64,000 bases of DNA from Klebsiella phage N1M2. The DNA lies in the sequence record MN642089.1. One strand, 5' to 3'. The notes below the pieces were generated by a model. It was given only the letters and a program-made list of their open reading frames with translations. It was not told the origin of the DNA and made no database searches. The first letter of the stretch is position 1. Every line of letters begins with the position of its first letter. Of this stretch, positions 37,374-47,557 are shown piece after piece. The translations under genes were made by a program, and so were the position numbers.

Positions 37374-38597
37374 ATGTCTCTTAAGAACGTTTTCGCTTCT
37401 ATCGCTGGTCAAGAATCTGCAGATCTGGATCCGGCACTGGCTGGTATCGTTGAAGTAACCGCTGAAGAAGCAGCAGAAGCAGTGATCGATAAAGAAATCG
37501 CTGAAACTGAAAAATGCATCGCTGAACACGATCACGAAATCGAAAAGCATGAAGATGCTATCGAAGCGATCGAAGAAAAAGTTGAAGAACTGGAAGAAGT
37601 AATCGAAGGCATGGAATCTCAGATGTCTGGTTCTACTCCGTTCAACGCTGGCCTGTTCGCCCACCAGTACGCTCAGGGTGCTAAGATCGTTGCTAAGATG
37701 GGTGCTCCGGTTGAACTGCACGGCGCTGAAAGCTATGCAGACGCTTCTACCGCTAACCTGAACGCTCTGGCTGGTGTTGAGTCCATGAAAGAAACTGCTG
37801 TTAAAGCTGCTGCAGCTGCGAAGAAATTCTTCGTTGAACTGTACAACGGCTTCATCGCAGTTGTTACTGGTCTGTTCAACCGCTTCAAAGGCATCGAGAA
37901 GAAAGCTGCTAACCTGAAAGCTCAGGTTGCTGGTAAAGATGCAGACGCTATCAAAGGCGAAGTTACCCGTACCGGTTCTATGCGTTTCGTTGATGCTAAC
38001 GGTCATGCGCCGAAAGTTGTTGATGCTATCGTTGAAGCTGGTAACACCCTGGCTGCAACCATGGACACCATCAACGCAGGTGGCGTAGTTGACGGTATCG
38101 ATCGTGTTATCGATAAACTGGCTAAGATGGGTACCAAGAAAGTAAACGGCGACGTCGTTGAAATCCACATCAATGGTGGTGTAGTAGCTATCCACGCTCC
38201 TAAAGATGACGCTGATCTGCCTAAAGTTTCTCTGTCTGTTAAAGGCAGCGGTGAAGCTGCTAAAGGTCAGAAACTGGGTAAACCAGCTCTGGAAGCTCTG
38301 TGCAACGAAGTTGCTAAAGACGCTAAGAAACTGCAGATCGCTAAATTCGACAGCCGTGCTCTGACTGCTTCCCGCGACAAAGCTATCGCTCAGATGGAAA
38401 AACGTGGCGCAGAGAAAGACGAAGATCGTAAGAACGTCAAATCTGGCGTTGCTGCAATCAAGAACGGCCATCGTGCTGGTATGAAACTGATCCGTGGCGC
38501 ATTCGGCCTGGCAGGTGACGTACTGGACGGTCAGCTGGCGTTCGTTAAAGCTCACCTGGGTGGTGCCGCTAAGAAAGAAGAAGAAAAAGCTGAGTAA
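37374..38597 (+). CDS. highly expressed Ala-rich protein with an acidic coiled-coil N-terminus (407 aa); abundant structural or scaffold-type protein
   Basis: Extreme codon bias (gct/ggt/ctg/gaa/aaa/cgt); N-terminal EEAAEAVIDKEIAETEKCIAEHDHEIEKHEDAIEAIEEKVEELEEVIEGME; the antisense 395-aa ORF has Ser/Phe/Cys-rich nonsense composition; UUCG-loop terminator follows. Confidence 0.7.
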   Translation: MSLKNVFASIAGQESADLDPALAGIVEVTAEEAAEAVIDKEIAETEKCIAEHDHEIEKHEDAIEAIEEKVEELEEVIEGMESQMSGSTPFNAGLFAHQYAQGAKIVAKMGAPVELHGAESYADASTANLNALAGVESMKETAVKAAAAAKKFFVELYNGFIAVVTGLFNRFKGIEKKAANLKAQVAGKDADAIKGEVTRTGSMRFVDANGHAPKVVDAIVEAGNTLAATMDTINAGGVVDGIDRVIDKLAKMGTKKVNGDVVEIHINGGVVAIHAPKDDADLPKVSLSVKGSGEAAKGQKLGKPALEALCNEVAKDAKKLQIAKFDSRALTASRDKAIAQMEKRGAEKDEDRKNVKSGVAAIKNGHRAGMKLIRGAFGLAGDVLDGQLAFVKAHLGGAAKKEEEKAE

Positions 38598-38628
38598 TAT
38601 CAGTCTTCTTAAAGCATAATGCTTAATG

Positions 38629-38656
38629 AGAGTAGGGGCCTTCGGGCTCCTACTCT
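38629..38656 (+). terminator. rho-independent terminator AGAGTAGGGGCC-UUCG-GGCTCCTACTCT
   Basis: 12-bp stem, UUCG tetraloop, then TATATGTTTGCTTTT; follows the highly expressed gene 37374..38597. Confidence 0.6.
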
Positions 38657-38705
38657 TATATGTTTGCTTTTAAGAATACTTTGATCTCACATAGGAGTTA
38701 TTTTA

Positions 38706-39767
38706 ATGACACAAGTTCTTCCTAAGCCGAACGCTCCAAAAGAGTCGACGGATTACATTTATGGTAAGCGCTTAGCTAAATACGAAGATCGAATGAACTT
38801 CTTTCTTAATGAGAAAGTTGACATTGATAAAACCAATGTCAAGGATATTGACGCCGGTACTGTAGACGGTCTAGAAAACCTTGTACAACGTTTTACTAGT
38901 TATGGTAAGCCATCGTTCATTGAGGTGGACGATAGCGGCATGGTTGCCGGGACAGAGGCTTCTGGTAAAGCTAAACGTTTTATTGATATCATTATTCAAG
39001 CAGCCAAAGATGCGGTAGAGTTTATTCTTAACTTTATCAATAACCGTATCGCTAGACTTGATGTTCGTTCTCATCGTGCTGGTTTAGAGCGTAAACGTTC
39101 GGGTATCAAAGATGGGGAAGCTAGATATCCAGCTAGCATCCGTAGACTTATGTTACCGCAAATTACTGGGGGTGATCCTAACTGGGTTCCTCAGTCTCTT
39201 GATAAAGTTCTAGATATTTATAAGAACTCTGTTAAGGGTTATAAATACTTAACCAGTCGTATCGATAAGTGGGAAGGGGCTAATGCTTATGATGTCATCA
39301 AGGAATCTGTTAAAGGTTTCTCTGACATAATGGGTATGAGTTATAAGAATGGTGGTTATCAAACTGATACATTGCCTGGTGTACGACAATTGATCGTTTC
39401 AGCACCAAGCCAAGAAGATCCTACCAAAATAGATGTGTTCTTCAATACAGTTGATGTCGCTGTTAAATTACCTACCCCTACTTTCCATCCGACTAGTAAC
39501 CTGTTGGACAGCACGCTTAACAAAGTAAACTCAATCATTAAAGAAATACGTTCTAACCAATCTACTATGTCTCAGCTTTCACGTAACTTCGAAAAGGCTG
39601 TACGTAAGTTCGAAGCCAACAAGGGTGAAAAGATTGGACCTGAAGAACGTAAGTATTATGAATGGTTGATCCGTTTCAATAAACGAATGATGAACACGGT
39701 TATTCAGTACACTATTTCTGAACTGGATGCTGGGATTGATTTCGTTAATGCAGGGATTGATAAATGA
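38706..39767 (+). CDS. hypothetical protein (353 aa)
   Basis: ORF with a GGAG RBS. Confidence 0.6.
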   Translation: MTQVLPKPNAPKESTDYIYGKRLAKYEDRMNFFLNEKVDIDKTNVKDIDAGTVDGLENLVQRFTSYGKPSFIEVDDSGMVAGTEASGKAKRFIDIIIQAAKDAVEFILNFINNRIARLDVRSHRAGLERKRSGIKDGEARYPASIRRLMLPQITGGDPNWVPQSLDKVLDIYKNSVKGYKYLTSRIDKWEGANAYDVIKESVKGFSDIMGMSYKNGGYQTDTLPGVRQLIVSAPSQEDPTKIDVFFNTVDVAVKLPTPTFHPTSNLLDSTLNKVNSIIKEIRSNQSTMSQLSRNFEKAVRKFEANKGEKIGPEERKYYEWLIRFNKRMMNTVIQYTISELDAGIDFVNAGIDK

Positions 39768-40276
39768 CAGTTGACGTAATTTCCATTAGTCGTGAAGATA
39801 TAAGAAACTATGTTGTTGACTTATATGAAATAGCTAATGGTTGTCGCGCTACTGTTGATACTAGTTCCTTAGAACCAGAACGGATTTGTGATGGAACGAC
39901 TATGATGCAGAACTCCCAAACTAAATCGGGAGTTCTTATCAACAAAATAAACATTGCTGACTTATTCCCTAACACTATAGATATAACGCAATATAAAGCA
40001 CCACACGGCGTTTTATCTGTAATGCAAGGCGATGATGCAGATTCGTTTAATAATAAGCATGGGAAGCTTCTGGTGAGTCCAGAGATGGACGTTCTTAAAT
40101 CACAAACACCGTTTGCTGTAGAAGACATTAAAGACTTTATTCTTTTTTGTCGTGTATATGGTTTCTGGGAATTGGATATCGGTAGCGTCACATTGATACG
40201 TTACAATGGTAAATTGAGAATTCAAGTTAACCAAGGTAATAAACTTTTTCATGGTTTTATAGAGGTTACTGTATGA
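39764..40276 (+). CDS. hypothetical protein (170 aa)
   Basis: ATGA overlap with the previous gene. Confidence 0.5.
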   Translation: MTVDVISISREDIRNYVVDLYEIANGCRATVDTSSLEPERICDGTTMMQNSQTKSGVLINKINIADLFPNTIDITQYKAPHGVLSVMQGDDADSFNNKHGKLLVSPEMDVLKSQTPFAVEDIKDFILFCRVYGFWELDIGSVTLIRYNGKLRIQVNQGNKLFHGFIEVTV

Positions 40277-40881
40277 CCTATGATAACCAAGATCGATACT
40301 TGCTATTAAAACAATTGCTGGTGACAATCTGCTTGGCTGCTAAACAAGCTAAGCTATCTGTTAATGGTACCCCACTTACTTTAGATGAACAACAGGGTAA
40401 GGTAATTCGTCTTATCCAGGAAATCCAAGATAACTTTACTATCCCCTATGGGTTACTTCGTGGTGGACGTGTTTATCTTTATCTTGACCCTATTGTTGGT
40501 CATATTAGTGGTCTGGCTTCCGGTCGTCTTCCTGAAGACTGCTGGGAGAATGAATATCTAAAGAAACTGGAAGATCGTGAACTTTTAGCTGACTGTATTC
40601 TCCACTACCCACTCACTGAAGAGTATGTGGAAGAACACGCACAAAGTTTGAAAGATAAAAACTTCCACACCAATGGTCGTGAACGTGCCGGTGAACTTAT
40701 TGAGAAAACCGAAGCGGCTTTACGAGCTATTAGACGTTGGGCGGAAGGCCACCCAGGTATGACACTTGAACAGTGTGTTGTTCTTTGTAATGCCGTAGAG
40801 TTGGTTGACTGGATCTTTAGTTTCACTAATGACGTAATTGGAGTTGAGAATGTCCCAGACGACGACATCCCTGGATGCTGA
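40273..40881 (+). CDS. hypothetical protein (202 aa)
   Basis: ATGA overlap with the previous gene. Confidence 0.5.
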   Translation: MTYDNQDRYLLLKQLLVTICLAAKQAKLSVNGTPLTLDEQQGKVIRLIQEIQDNFTIPYGLLRGGRVYLYLDPIVGHISGLASGRLPEDCWENEYLKKLEDRELLADCILHYPLTEEYVEEHAQSLKDKNFHTNGRERAGELIEKTEAALRAIRRWAEGHPGMTLEQCVVLCNAVELVDWIFSFTNDVIGVENVPDDDIPGC

Positions 40882-41689
40882 TTTCGATTACCTTGACTGG
40901 TGTTATGACGGTATGGAATCGTTGCTGAATAATTCCAGTCGTTCTTACTTCCAAGGTATGATGGGTGGTGAATCTTTCTATTGTCTCCACCTTGATGCTA
41001 ATAATTATGCTGGTATGGAAGATAAGTTTAGTGATGGAATCAAGAAGGCAGCAAGAACCCTTTATGATAACATCATCAACATGCTGAAGCGTATTCGTGA
41101 ATATTTCTTCGGTGATGGTGAGAAAGCTGCTGACGATGCTCAAGCTAATGCTGAATCATCCATAAGTGCTTTGATGGAAATGAGTGGTGATACACCTATC
41201 CCGGAAGATTCCCCAGCTCGTAATCCAGAAAACTACATCAAGTCTCTTGAAGGCGGTGTGGAGTTCAATGAACTCAAGGAAGAGAATGGTGCACTAAGTT
41301 CTGCACTAGACAAAGTTAAAGCAGCAGCCATGAAAGTAAAGGACGCTAAGACAGTTGGTCAACTTCGGTCAGTCTATACTGAAATTGGTAAAGCAGCAAC
41401 AGCCGGTAATCGCGTTGTAACTGAAACACTACGCAGTACTGTCTCTGCGGCCGAACAAGCTGCTCGTAAACTACAGAACGCCAAGATCCCTAAAGAGGAC
41501 GATACTTCCGAAGTTAAAGCAGCTATTAAAGCAGAAAACTCTGAAGTATCCGCTAAGGCTAAAGAGGAAACCAAGAAAGCTCGTTTAGTCGGTGGTGTTC
41601 GTAATAAATTTGTCGGTGCTTTGAATTCCATTAGCCGTATGTCTAAAGGTGTCAAAGAGAAACCTGTAGAACCTAAATTCAAGGGTTAA
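40850..41689 (+). CDS. hypothetical protein (279 aa from the ATG at 40850; the ORF-track start 40838 is TTG)
   Basis: GGAG RBS 9 nt upstream of the ATG at 40850; Lys/Ala-rich C-terminal part. Confidence 0.5.
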   Translation: MSQTTTSLDADFDYLDWCYDGMESLLNNSSRSYFQGMMGGESFYCLHLDANNYAGMEDKFSDGIKKAARTLYDNIINMLKRIREYFFGDGEKAADDAQANAESSISALMEMSGDTPIPEDSPARNPENYIKSLEGGVEFNELKEENGALSSALDKVKAAAMKVKDAKTVGQLRSVYTEIGKAATAGNRVVTETLRSTVSAAEQAARKLQNAKIPKEDDTSEVKAAIKAENSEVSAKAKEETKKARLVGGVRNKFVGALNSISRMSKGVKEKPVEPKFKG

Positions 41690-41690
41690 C

Positions 41691-42398
41691 ATGACTTACT
41701 CATTTCAGAATGAGGTTATTAAAAGTCTACCTACTGGTCATCGCTTTATAAGAATGGTTTCTGGGGCTAACAATACCACCATTGTCTACACTGTGAAGAA
41801 TGCAGTTAAACATGAGCTGGTAATGCCCAAGATGGATATCAGTCGGTATTTTTACAAGATACCGACTATCTTCATACCTGAGAACAGCTCCTATAACGAC
41901 CTGTATGAACTCATCAGCGAGCGTTATGGATTAGGGTTACAGAAGAACATTGATTTCTACAATAGCGCCACAGTGCCCGTTACAGAGAGCCCTGTTTATA
42001 TGGAGCTTCCTGTCAATGAGTCTTGTTGCGCTTATTATGGAAACATCCGTTGTTATGTTCTTAAACATAACTTGTATAATGGTAACCTTAAACCCGTTCG
42101 TGATTTAACCAGTACAGACGGTAGTACTTACCTCAACAAACTAAAAATCAAATCTTACTTTATAGGTAAATTGATTTGTTTAGCTGATCATCTAACTATC
42201 GGTGATACACTAACTCCTGACATTGTTGAATTGTTAGTTAGTGATATGGATGGTCAAACTTATCCAGGTGCTTCAGATAGTTATCGCTATATCCTTTCTG
42301 ATGCTAAAGTTATTGATCTTTTTAATGATGGTATTTCTGACATACTTCTAATTGAAACATTTCAAGGTTTACTTTCTATTCGTTATTCTCTTAATTAA
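41691..42398 (+). CDS. hypothetical protein (235 aa)
   Basis: ORF; followed by the 260-nt ORF-free region. Confidence 0.55.
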   Translation: MTYSFQNEVIKSLPTGHRFIRMVSGANNTTIVYTVKNAVKHELVMPKMDISRYFYKIPTIFIPENSSYNDLYELISERYGLGLQKNIDFYNSATVPVTESPVYMELPVNESCCAYYGNIRCYVLKHNLYNGNLKPVRDLTSTDGSTYLNKLKIKSYFIGKLICLADHLTIGDTLTPDIVELLVSDMDGQTYPGASDSYRYILSDAKVIDLFNDGISDILLIETFQGLLSIRYSLN

Positions 42399-42597
42399 AA
42401 ACGATGGTATTGATCTTGAGACTGATACTGCGAGAGTGGTGTTAGTTGGTTGAGTTAGATGTGTTGCGGAGAAACCGAGTGAGGGGAAAGGGGATTTATT
42501 ATATACAGCAGAGCGTAGCGATATCTCTATTCCTATCTCTTCTCTTTACAATGATCAAGAAATAAAAAGATTCAATAATAAACTTTAAATATCATTT

Positions 42598-42625
42598 CCT
42601 CTACTCCTTTTATCGGGAGTAGGGG
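42598..42625 (+). terminator. rho-independent terminator (CCTCTACTCC ... GGGAGTAGGGG) ending an ORF-free 200-nt segment
   Basis: Hairpin then TTTGATGTTATG; lies 200 nt downstream of the nearest stop codon. Confidence 0.45.
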
Positions 42626-42660
42626 TTTGATGTTATGATTGTTCTAAAGAGGAATTAATT

Positions 42661-44247
42661 ATGTTTAAAGTAAAGATTCCTTCCTTTGAGACTTACAAGA
42701 TAGCTACAAGACCAGTTGTCTTAACTTCACTCAAACAAGTACTTGAGTATTTCAATATTGATTTAAATCAGAAAATTTATTTCAATGGTGAAGCAGAAGT
42801 TTCTAAACTCTTAGGTGGGGAATATAACGATAAACGTGGTGGGGACTTAAAGACTGATGTAGGGTATGACAACAAGATATTTGTTGAACTAGAAAGAGAG
42901 ATGGGTGATTATAACAATGAACTAGACGGGAACACAACGGATGATACTATCCCACCTGTTTGGTTTGAGCCCATTACCAAATCTAGAATCACACCTAAGT
43001 TCAGTACACGTATCTATCGCGTTACTGTCAATAAGTATATGAAGGATCGTGTTACAGCTGAACGATACCTTGAAGATATCAGAGCTAAAACCTTTGGTGT
43101 TAACTTCAATAGCTTGTTCAGTATGGAAACGCATTACCCAGTTACTTATCCTGTTCTTCAGTGCTTTAAAGAAATCTTCGACAGACTCATTAAAGCCAAA
43201 CAGGTTCCGGAAGACACTAACTTCATTGATTGGATGTTAAAGAACTCTGTCATTCCTTCTGGAATCTTGAGAAACGTCATTGGTAATAACCCAGTATACG
43301 TTTTCAAACAGTGCATTGACAATATCGGAATCAATATGGAAAACCCCAATATGGCCACCGTAACAAGTGGTGCTTATATTGGTAAGTTTGAAGTTAGCTT
43401 CCAATATTGGTTCTATTGGTCAGAACACAAGAACTGGATCTTTGAATACCCACTGCAAGTATATCAACAACCTATGCCGTATGAGTATATGCCAGAAGTA
43501 TTCGAAGAGAATATCCAGAGCAATACCAACAAACAGTTCTTCGAGTCGGCAGCTGCTAGATCTGTTTGGGGTAGTTCAGATATCATGCCTCTATATCACG
43601 TTCTTCCTAATTTTGATAACTGGAGACCTGAACCAACTAAATGGATTTCTCCCCAGTTACAAATTGTGACGAATGTTGAAGATGTACAAGAACAAGTATT
43701 GATCAACATCAAAGATATTCATGGCTTTGATTGGGATCCTACTTTTATTCATTACATCATGAAGTACCGTGATAAAGTGACTAACCGTCATAATAACCCG
43801 ATGCAGTTCAAAGTTTATTCTGATGAAACAGAAGTTTTAAATAGTCAGATACAGCTGAGAGAGAACGGCGATCTAGTTATTATACGTCCACCGAGAATGT
43901 CCAGTATTTACCGTGTTACATTTAACTTAGATTATGCTTTACGTTTATACAGTGAAATCTGCATAAAGGATTTCCTGGATGATCCTGAGTATACTAAATG
44001 GATTATTGGGATTCTCTACCCGCATTGGCACTTACGTGATGATTGGGGTAACGGTGGGATAGATGATTGGTGGGAGATTCATAACGGGATTGATGTCGGT
44101 GATGGGGATGAGATTGATTTCTATCTTCCATATGGCATGATGGGCTTGACTATTATCGCCCATAATTCAGAAACCTACCAGAAGTACATAACACTTAAAG
44201 AAAGAGGCATTATTAATGGCGCAGACTATTATTGGCCGCGAACCTGA
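42661..44247 (+). CDS. hypothetical protein (528 aa)
   Basis: ORF with a GAGG RBS. Confidence 0.6.
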   Translation: MFKVKIPSFETYKIATRPVVLTSLKQVLEYFNIDLNQKIYFNGEAEVSKLLGGEYNDKRGGDLKTDVGYDNKIFVELEREMGDYNNELDGNTTDDTIPPVWFEPITKSRITPKFSTRIYRVTVNKYMKDRVTAERYLEDIRAKTFGVNFNSLFSMETHYPVTYPVLQCFKEIFDRLIKAKQVPEDTNFIDWMLKNSVIPSGILRNVIGNNPVYVFKQCIDNIGINMENPNMATVTSGAYIGKFEVSFQYWFYWSEHKNWIFEYPLQVYQQPMPYEYMPEVFEENIQSNTNKQFFESAAARSVWGSSDIMPLYHVLPNFDNWRPEPTKWISPQLQIVTNVEDVQEQVLINIKDIHGFDWDPTFIHYIMKYRDKVTNRHNNPMQFKVYSDETEVLNSQIQLRENGDLVIIRPPRMSSIYRVTFNLDYALRLYSEICIKDFLDDPEYTKWIIGILYPHWHLRDDWGNGGIDDWWEIHNGIDVGDGDEIDFYLPYGMMGLTIIAHNSETYQKYITLKERGIINGADYYWPRT

Positions 44248-45517
44248 ACCACAAAAGCCAGAGACAGCGTTGCCTGAGTCATATCAGAACACGATCATAG
44301 AGTCTCGTTATATTCCTCATACCAGTCTACTTTCTTTTGTACCTGGTATGCCAACGAGAACTATCTACTACCGTGGTTCTTATGGACGTGATGAAGAACA
44401 GCAGGGATTTGAACCAGAGTCTATTCAAACCTATGCTTCCTATAAACGGGTTCATAACCTAATCATCAAAATCGATAACGGTAATGGTAACTATAACTTT
44501 GATGCGATGAACGGTCAAGGCAGTAACCAACTTACTGGTTATGTTCTTTTCGACCTGACTCCTAACAAAGGTGACTTGTTCGTTAAAGATATTGGCGATG
44601 GTCGTGCTGGACTTTACGTTCTGACACAACAGCCTGAATTGAGAACCATCCATGCTGACAAATGTTATTATATTGAAGCCGAACTAACGGCGATAATGAC
44701 AAATGAAATACAGCTTAATCTGGACCAGAAAGTTATAGAAGAACTTTACTATTCCAAAGATTCTGCTGTAGATGGTGGTAATGCGGTTCTCACTAAAGAC
44801 GATTACAGTCTTAATAAGAAACTGTATGATTTGCAGTTTGCCATTGTGGACGATATTCTCGCTAACCACTATTTCATGGACGAAGATACAATCATTATCC
44901 CTAATGATGATGACGATCGTCTGTACGATCCATATTTAGCTAAATTCTTGAGTTACGTATTCCCACAGAAAGTTATCGGGGCACGTAGAAAGATCAAGCT
45001 ACTGGATCCAAACTACTATGTCGATAACCGTAGAGCTAACCAACCATTAACTGTTTGGGATATGTTCTACCGCAACGACTTCAGTATGCCTAAACGATAT
45101 CAACAAAAGTATTGGGTTCATAATCGTCGTGATATGTTGAACACCCGTATGTATGGTAACATCTTCTTCTCCAAAATGGATAGAATGATAAACGTGTATG
45201 AAGAGTCTGCTAAACGTGGTCCCTATTCATTCACTGGTGCATTGTTACCTAACTTAGTACCTCCAGGTTATGACGGTCCTCGTGAACCTGGTCAACCATG
45301 GGAATACTTCTTCTCTGAAGAATTCTACTCTGGTGGTGGGACTGAGACAGAGCAGTTCGTTTGGAAAATGTTTAAAGATAAAACAATCGATAAACGTGGA
45401 CTAGTGAATGTGCTTGAGAAATACTGGGATCTGGACGATAAGGCCAAACTTTATATGTCGGGCATATATGTCGGTGCAATCAAACAAGCTTTGATCACCA
45501 ATAGCAGCTACACATAA
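44216..45517 (+). CDS. hypothetical protein (433 aa)
   Basis: ORF overlapping the previous gene by 32 nt; AGAGG RBS. Confidence 0.6.
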   Translation: MAQTIIGREPEPQKPETALPESYQNTIIESRYIPHTSLLSFVPGMPTRTIYYRGSYGRDEEQQGFEPESIQTYASYKRVHNLIIKIDNGNGNYNFDAMNGQGSNQLTGYVLFDLTPNKGDLFVKDIGDGRAGLYVLTQQPELRTIHADKCYYIEAELTAIMTNEIQLNLDQKVIEELYYSKDSAVDGGNAVLTKDDYSLNKKLYDLQFAIVDDILANHYFMDEDTIIIPNDDDDRLYDPYLAKFLSYVFPQKVIGARRKIKLLDPNYYVDNRRANQPLTVWDMFYRNDFSMPKRYQQKYWVHNRRDMLNTRMYGNIFFSKMDRMINVYEESAKRGPYSFTGALLPNLVPPGYDGPREPGQPWEYFFSEEFYSGGGTETEQFVWKMFKDKTIDKRGLVNVLEKYWDLDDKAKLYMSGIYVGAIKQALITNSSYT

Positions 45518-45527
45518 AGGTAAAGTT

Positions 45528-46166
45528 ATGGAACTAGAACGTTACACTTTTCTTCGCAATGAACTCCGTAAAATGTACACCATTCTTACTGAGCAAACTT
45601 TTATTGTTTCAATTCCACTAAGTTCATTTATGACACTTAAGCAATTGGACAGAGCGAAGAACAATCCGCCGTTGACGGGATTTGAAACGTATGAGACTGC
45701 AGTGGAACGTCCTTTCACCGTCCAGCGTATTTTGCAAGCAGTAGAGATCATGGGGGATGACCTTCAAATTGGTTTCCGCAATGCCCGTCAGGATATCCCC
45801 TTCCTCTACAACACCATCCAAACATGGATTCAGTATTGGATTGAAATTAAAAGAGATATTGGTTACTTAAGAACACCAGACTTAAGTGAGCTAGAACTCA
45901 TTGAGAGACTCGCTAAGCACTTGTTTAGTGCGTATGCTCACTACCACTATGAGAAGATCAATAAAACGCTTGGTGTTGGTCATAGCGGCGAAATGACACT
46001 TCTTGATGCACTTCGTGGTAGAATGATGTTTGGTACTGATATGGATGAAGGACTATCATTCATTTCCCATGTTGACGAATACCGTTCATTGACAGGTCAA
46101 ACTGGTGGTGCTGGAATGTCCTTCGGTAGTGCAAGTGGATTGCTTCAAGGACTTGGAGGTCTTTAA
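45528..46166 (+). CDS. hypothetical protein (212 aa)
   Basis: ORF with an AAAGG RBS. Confidence 0.55.
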   Translation: MELERYTFLRNELRKMYTILTEQTFIVSIPLSSFMTLKQLDRAKNNPPLTGFETYETAVERPFTVQRILQAVEIMGDDLQIGFRNARQDIPFLYNTIQTWIQYWIEIKRDIGYLRTPDLSELELIERLAKHLFSAYAHYHYEKINKTLGVGHSGEMTLLDALRGRMMFGTDMDEGLSFISHVDEYRSLTGQTGGAGMSFGSASGLLQGLGGL

Positions 46167-47509
46167 TGTTAGCTACACAGATTCAAGCTTTCTTAAAGCA
46201 AGCTAAATCCACAGCTGACTATGCCAACAACGCAGCTAGTACAGTTACCATGACTGCTGTGTTTATAACTCCTGAGGGCCAATATACGGCCCTAGGTGTT
46301 GAAAGGTTTATGGAGTATGGGGATTTCGTAAATAACCGCTCAGATGTTATTCAGATTCGCGTAAGGTTGCAACCAGGAATCTACTTTAACAAGATCGTCC
46401 CTTTCCGTGATGATTTAACTGTTCAGGTATTTGTGGATTCAGAAAGTGATCGTGTTTTGCGTGAGTTTGTTGGGGTCCCTCTTGTTTCCACTGACGTAAG
46501 AGCTGAGGGGAACAACACAGCTGCTGTTAATATAGATGGACTCAATGATACCAACCTGGTTCCCTATGAGTTCCAGTTGATGTCCCGCGGCTTTGCTAAA
46601 TTGAAAACGATACCTGTTTCCAATATTTATCAAATGGGAACTATTGGGGATGTTATCGCTACTGCCATGGAAACTTATTCTGCACAAGCAGGGTTAACCG
46701 GGTGGGATGCTTACAAAGGTATGCAATTCCATCAACCTATCGATAACACTAACCGTTATGACTCTATAGAGATTCCCAATGGAACGAAACTCATTAACGT
46801 TCCTGTCATACTTCAGAATGATAACGATTATGGTGTTTATACCAAAGGTCTTTGTTGTTACTATAAACAAAACTATTGGTGGGTTGTTCCCTTGTATAAC
46901 ACTGAGCTTGTGGAAACACATCCAAGACCGTTAGATATTATCAGAGTACCTGAAAATAAAATACCTGATCTGGATGCTACATTCTATCGATCCAATGTCG
47001 CTATGACAATCATTGCTTGTGGTAAAGCTACGCACACTGATAATGCGGATATCGATAAACAGAACGAAGGTGTTGGTCAAAGATTAGTTATGGGTGACGC
47101 TATTGCCGGTGATACAGGTTATCACTATAACAATGGTCGTGCCATTACAACTCGTGCAGATACTGTTCAGGAATATAAATTAAGTAACCGTAGAGATGGT
47201 GATCAGTGGATACCACTAAACCAAGCACCAACTGGAAACCTTTGTGTACCTCTAACACAGAACGCCATAAACGAAGGTGAGATCATCGAAGTGGAGTGGC
47301 GCAATGGAGATGTGGGTTATTTAGAGCCAGGGCACCCTGTACGTTATCAATACATGTACAGTGATAGTGAGATGATGGTCAGACGTGGAGTCCTATTAGG
47401 ATACCGTACAGACTACATACCAATCACTAGCTATGCAAAACCAATGCTTAAAAGAACTACTATTTTAAAACTGTTTGTTAAACGTCGTTCTGAATTTAAA
47501 GTTGATTAA
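46166..47509 (+). CDS. hypothetical protein (447 aa)
   Basis: TAATG junction; last + gene before the 14-bp palindromic bidirectional terminator. Confidence 0.6.
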   Translation: MLATQIQAFLKQAKSTADYANNAASTVTMTAVFITPEGQYTALGVERFMEYGDFVNNRSDVIQIRVRLQPGIYFNKIVPFRDDLTVQVFVDSESDRVLREFVGVPLVSTDVRAEGNNTAAVNIDGLNDTNLVPYEFQLMSRGFAKLKTIPVSNIYQMGTIGDVIATAMETYSAQAGLTGWDAYKGMQFHQPIDNTNRYDSIEIPNGTKLINVPVILQNDNDYGVYTKGLCCYYKQNYWWVVPLYNTELVETHPRPLDIIRVPENKIPDLDATFYRSNVAMTIIACGKATHTDNADIDKQNEGVGQRLVMGDAIAGDTGYHYNNGRAITTRADTVQEYKLSNRRDGDQWIPLNQAPTGNLCVPLTQNAINEGEIIEVEWRNGDVGYLEPGHPVRYQYMYSDSEMMVRRGVLLGYRTDYIPITSYAKPMLKRTTILKLFVKRRSEFKVD

Positions 47510-47515
47510 CAACTA

Positions 47516-47547
47516 CTAGAACTAGGGGCACCAGCCCCTAGTTCTAG
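47516..47547. terminator. bidirectional terminator, perfect palindrome CTAGAACTAGGGGC-ACC-GCCCCTAGTTCTAG
   Basis: 14-bp perfect arms between convergent genes. Confidence 0.55.
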
Positions 47548-47557
47548 ATTATCTTAT

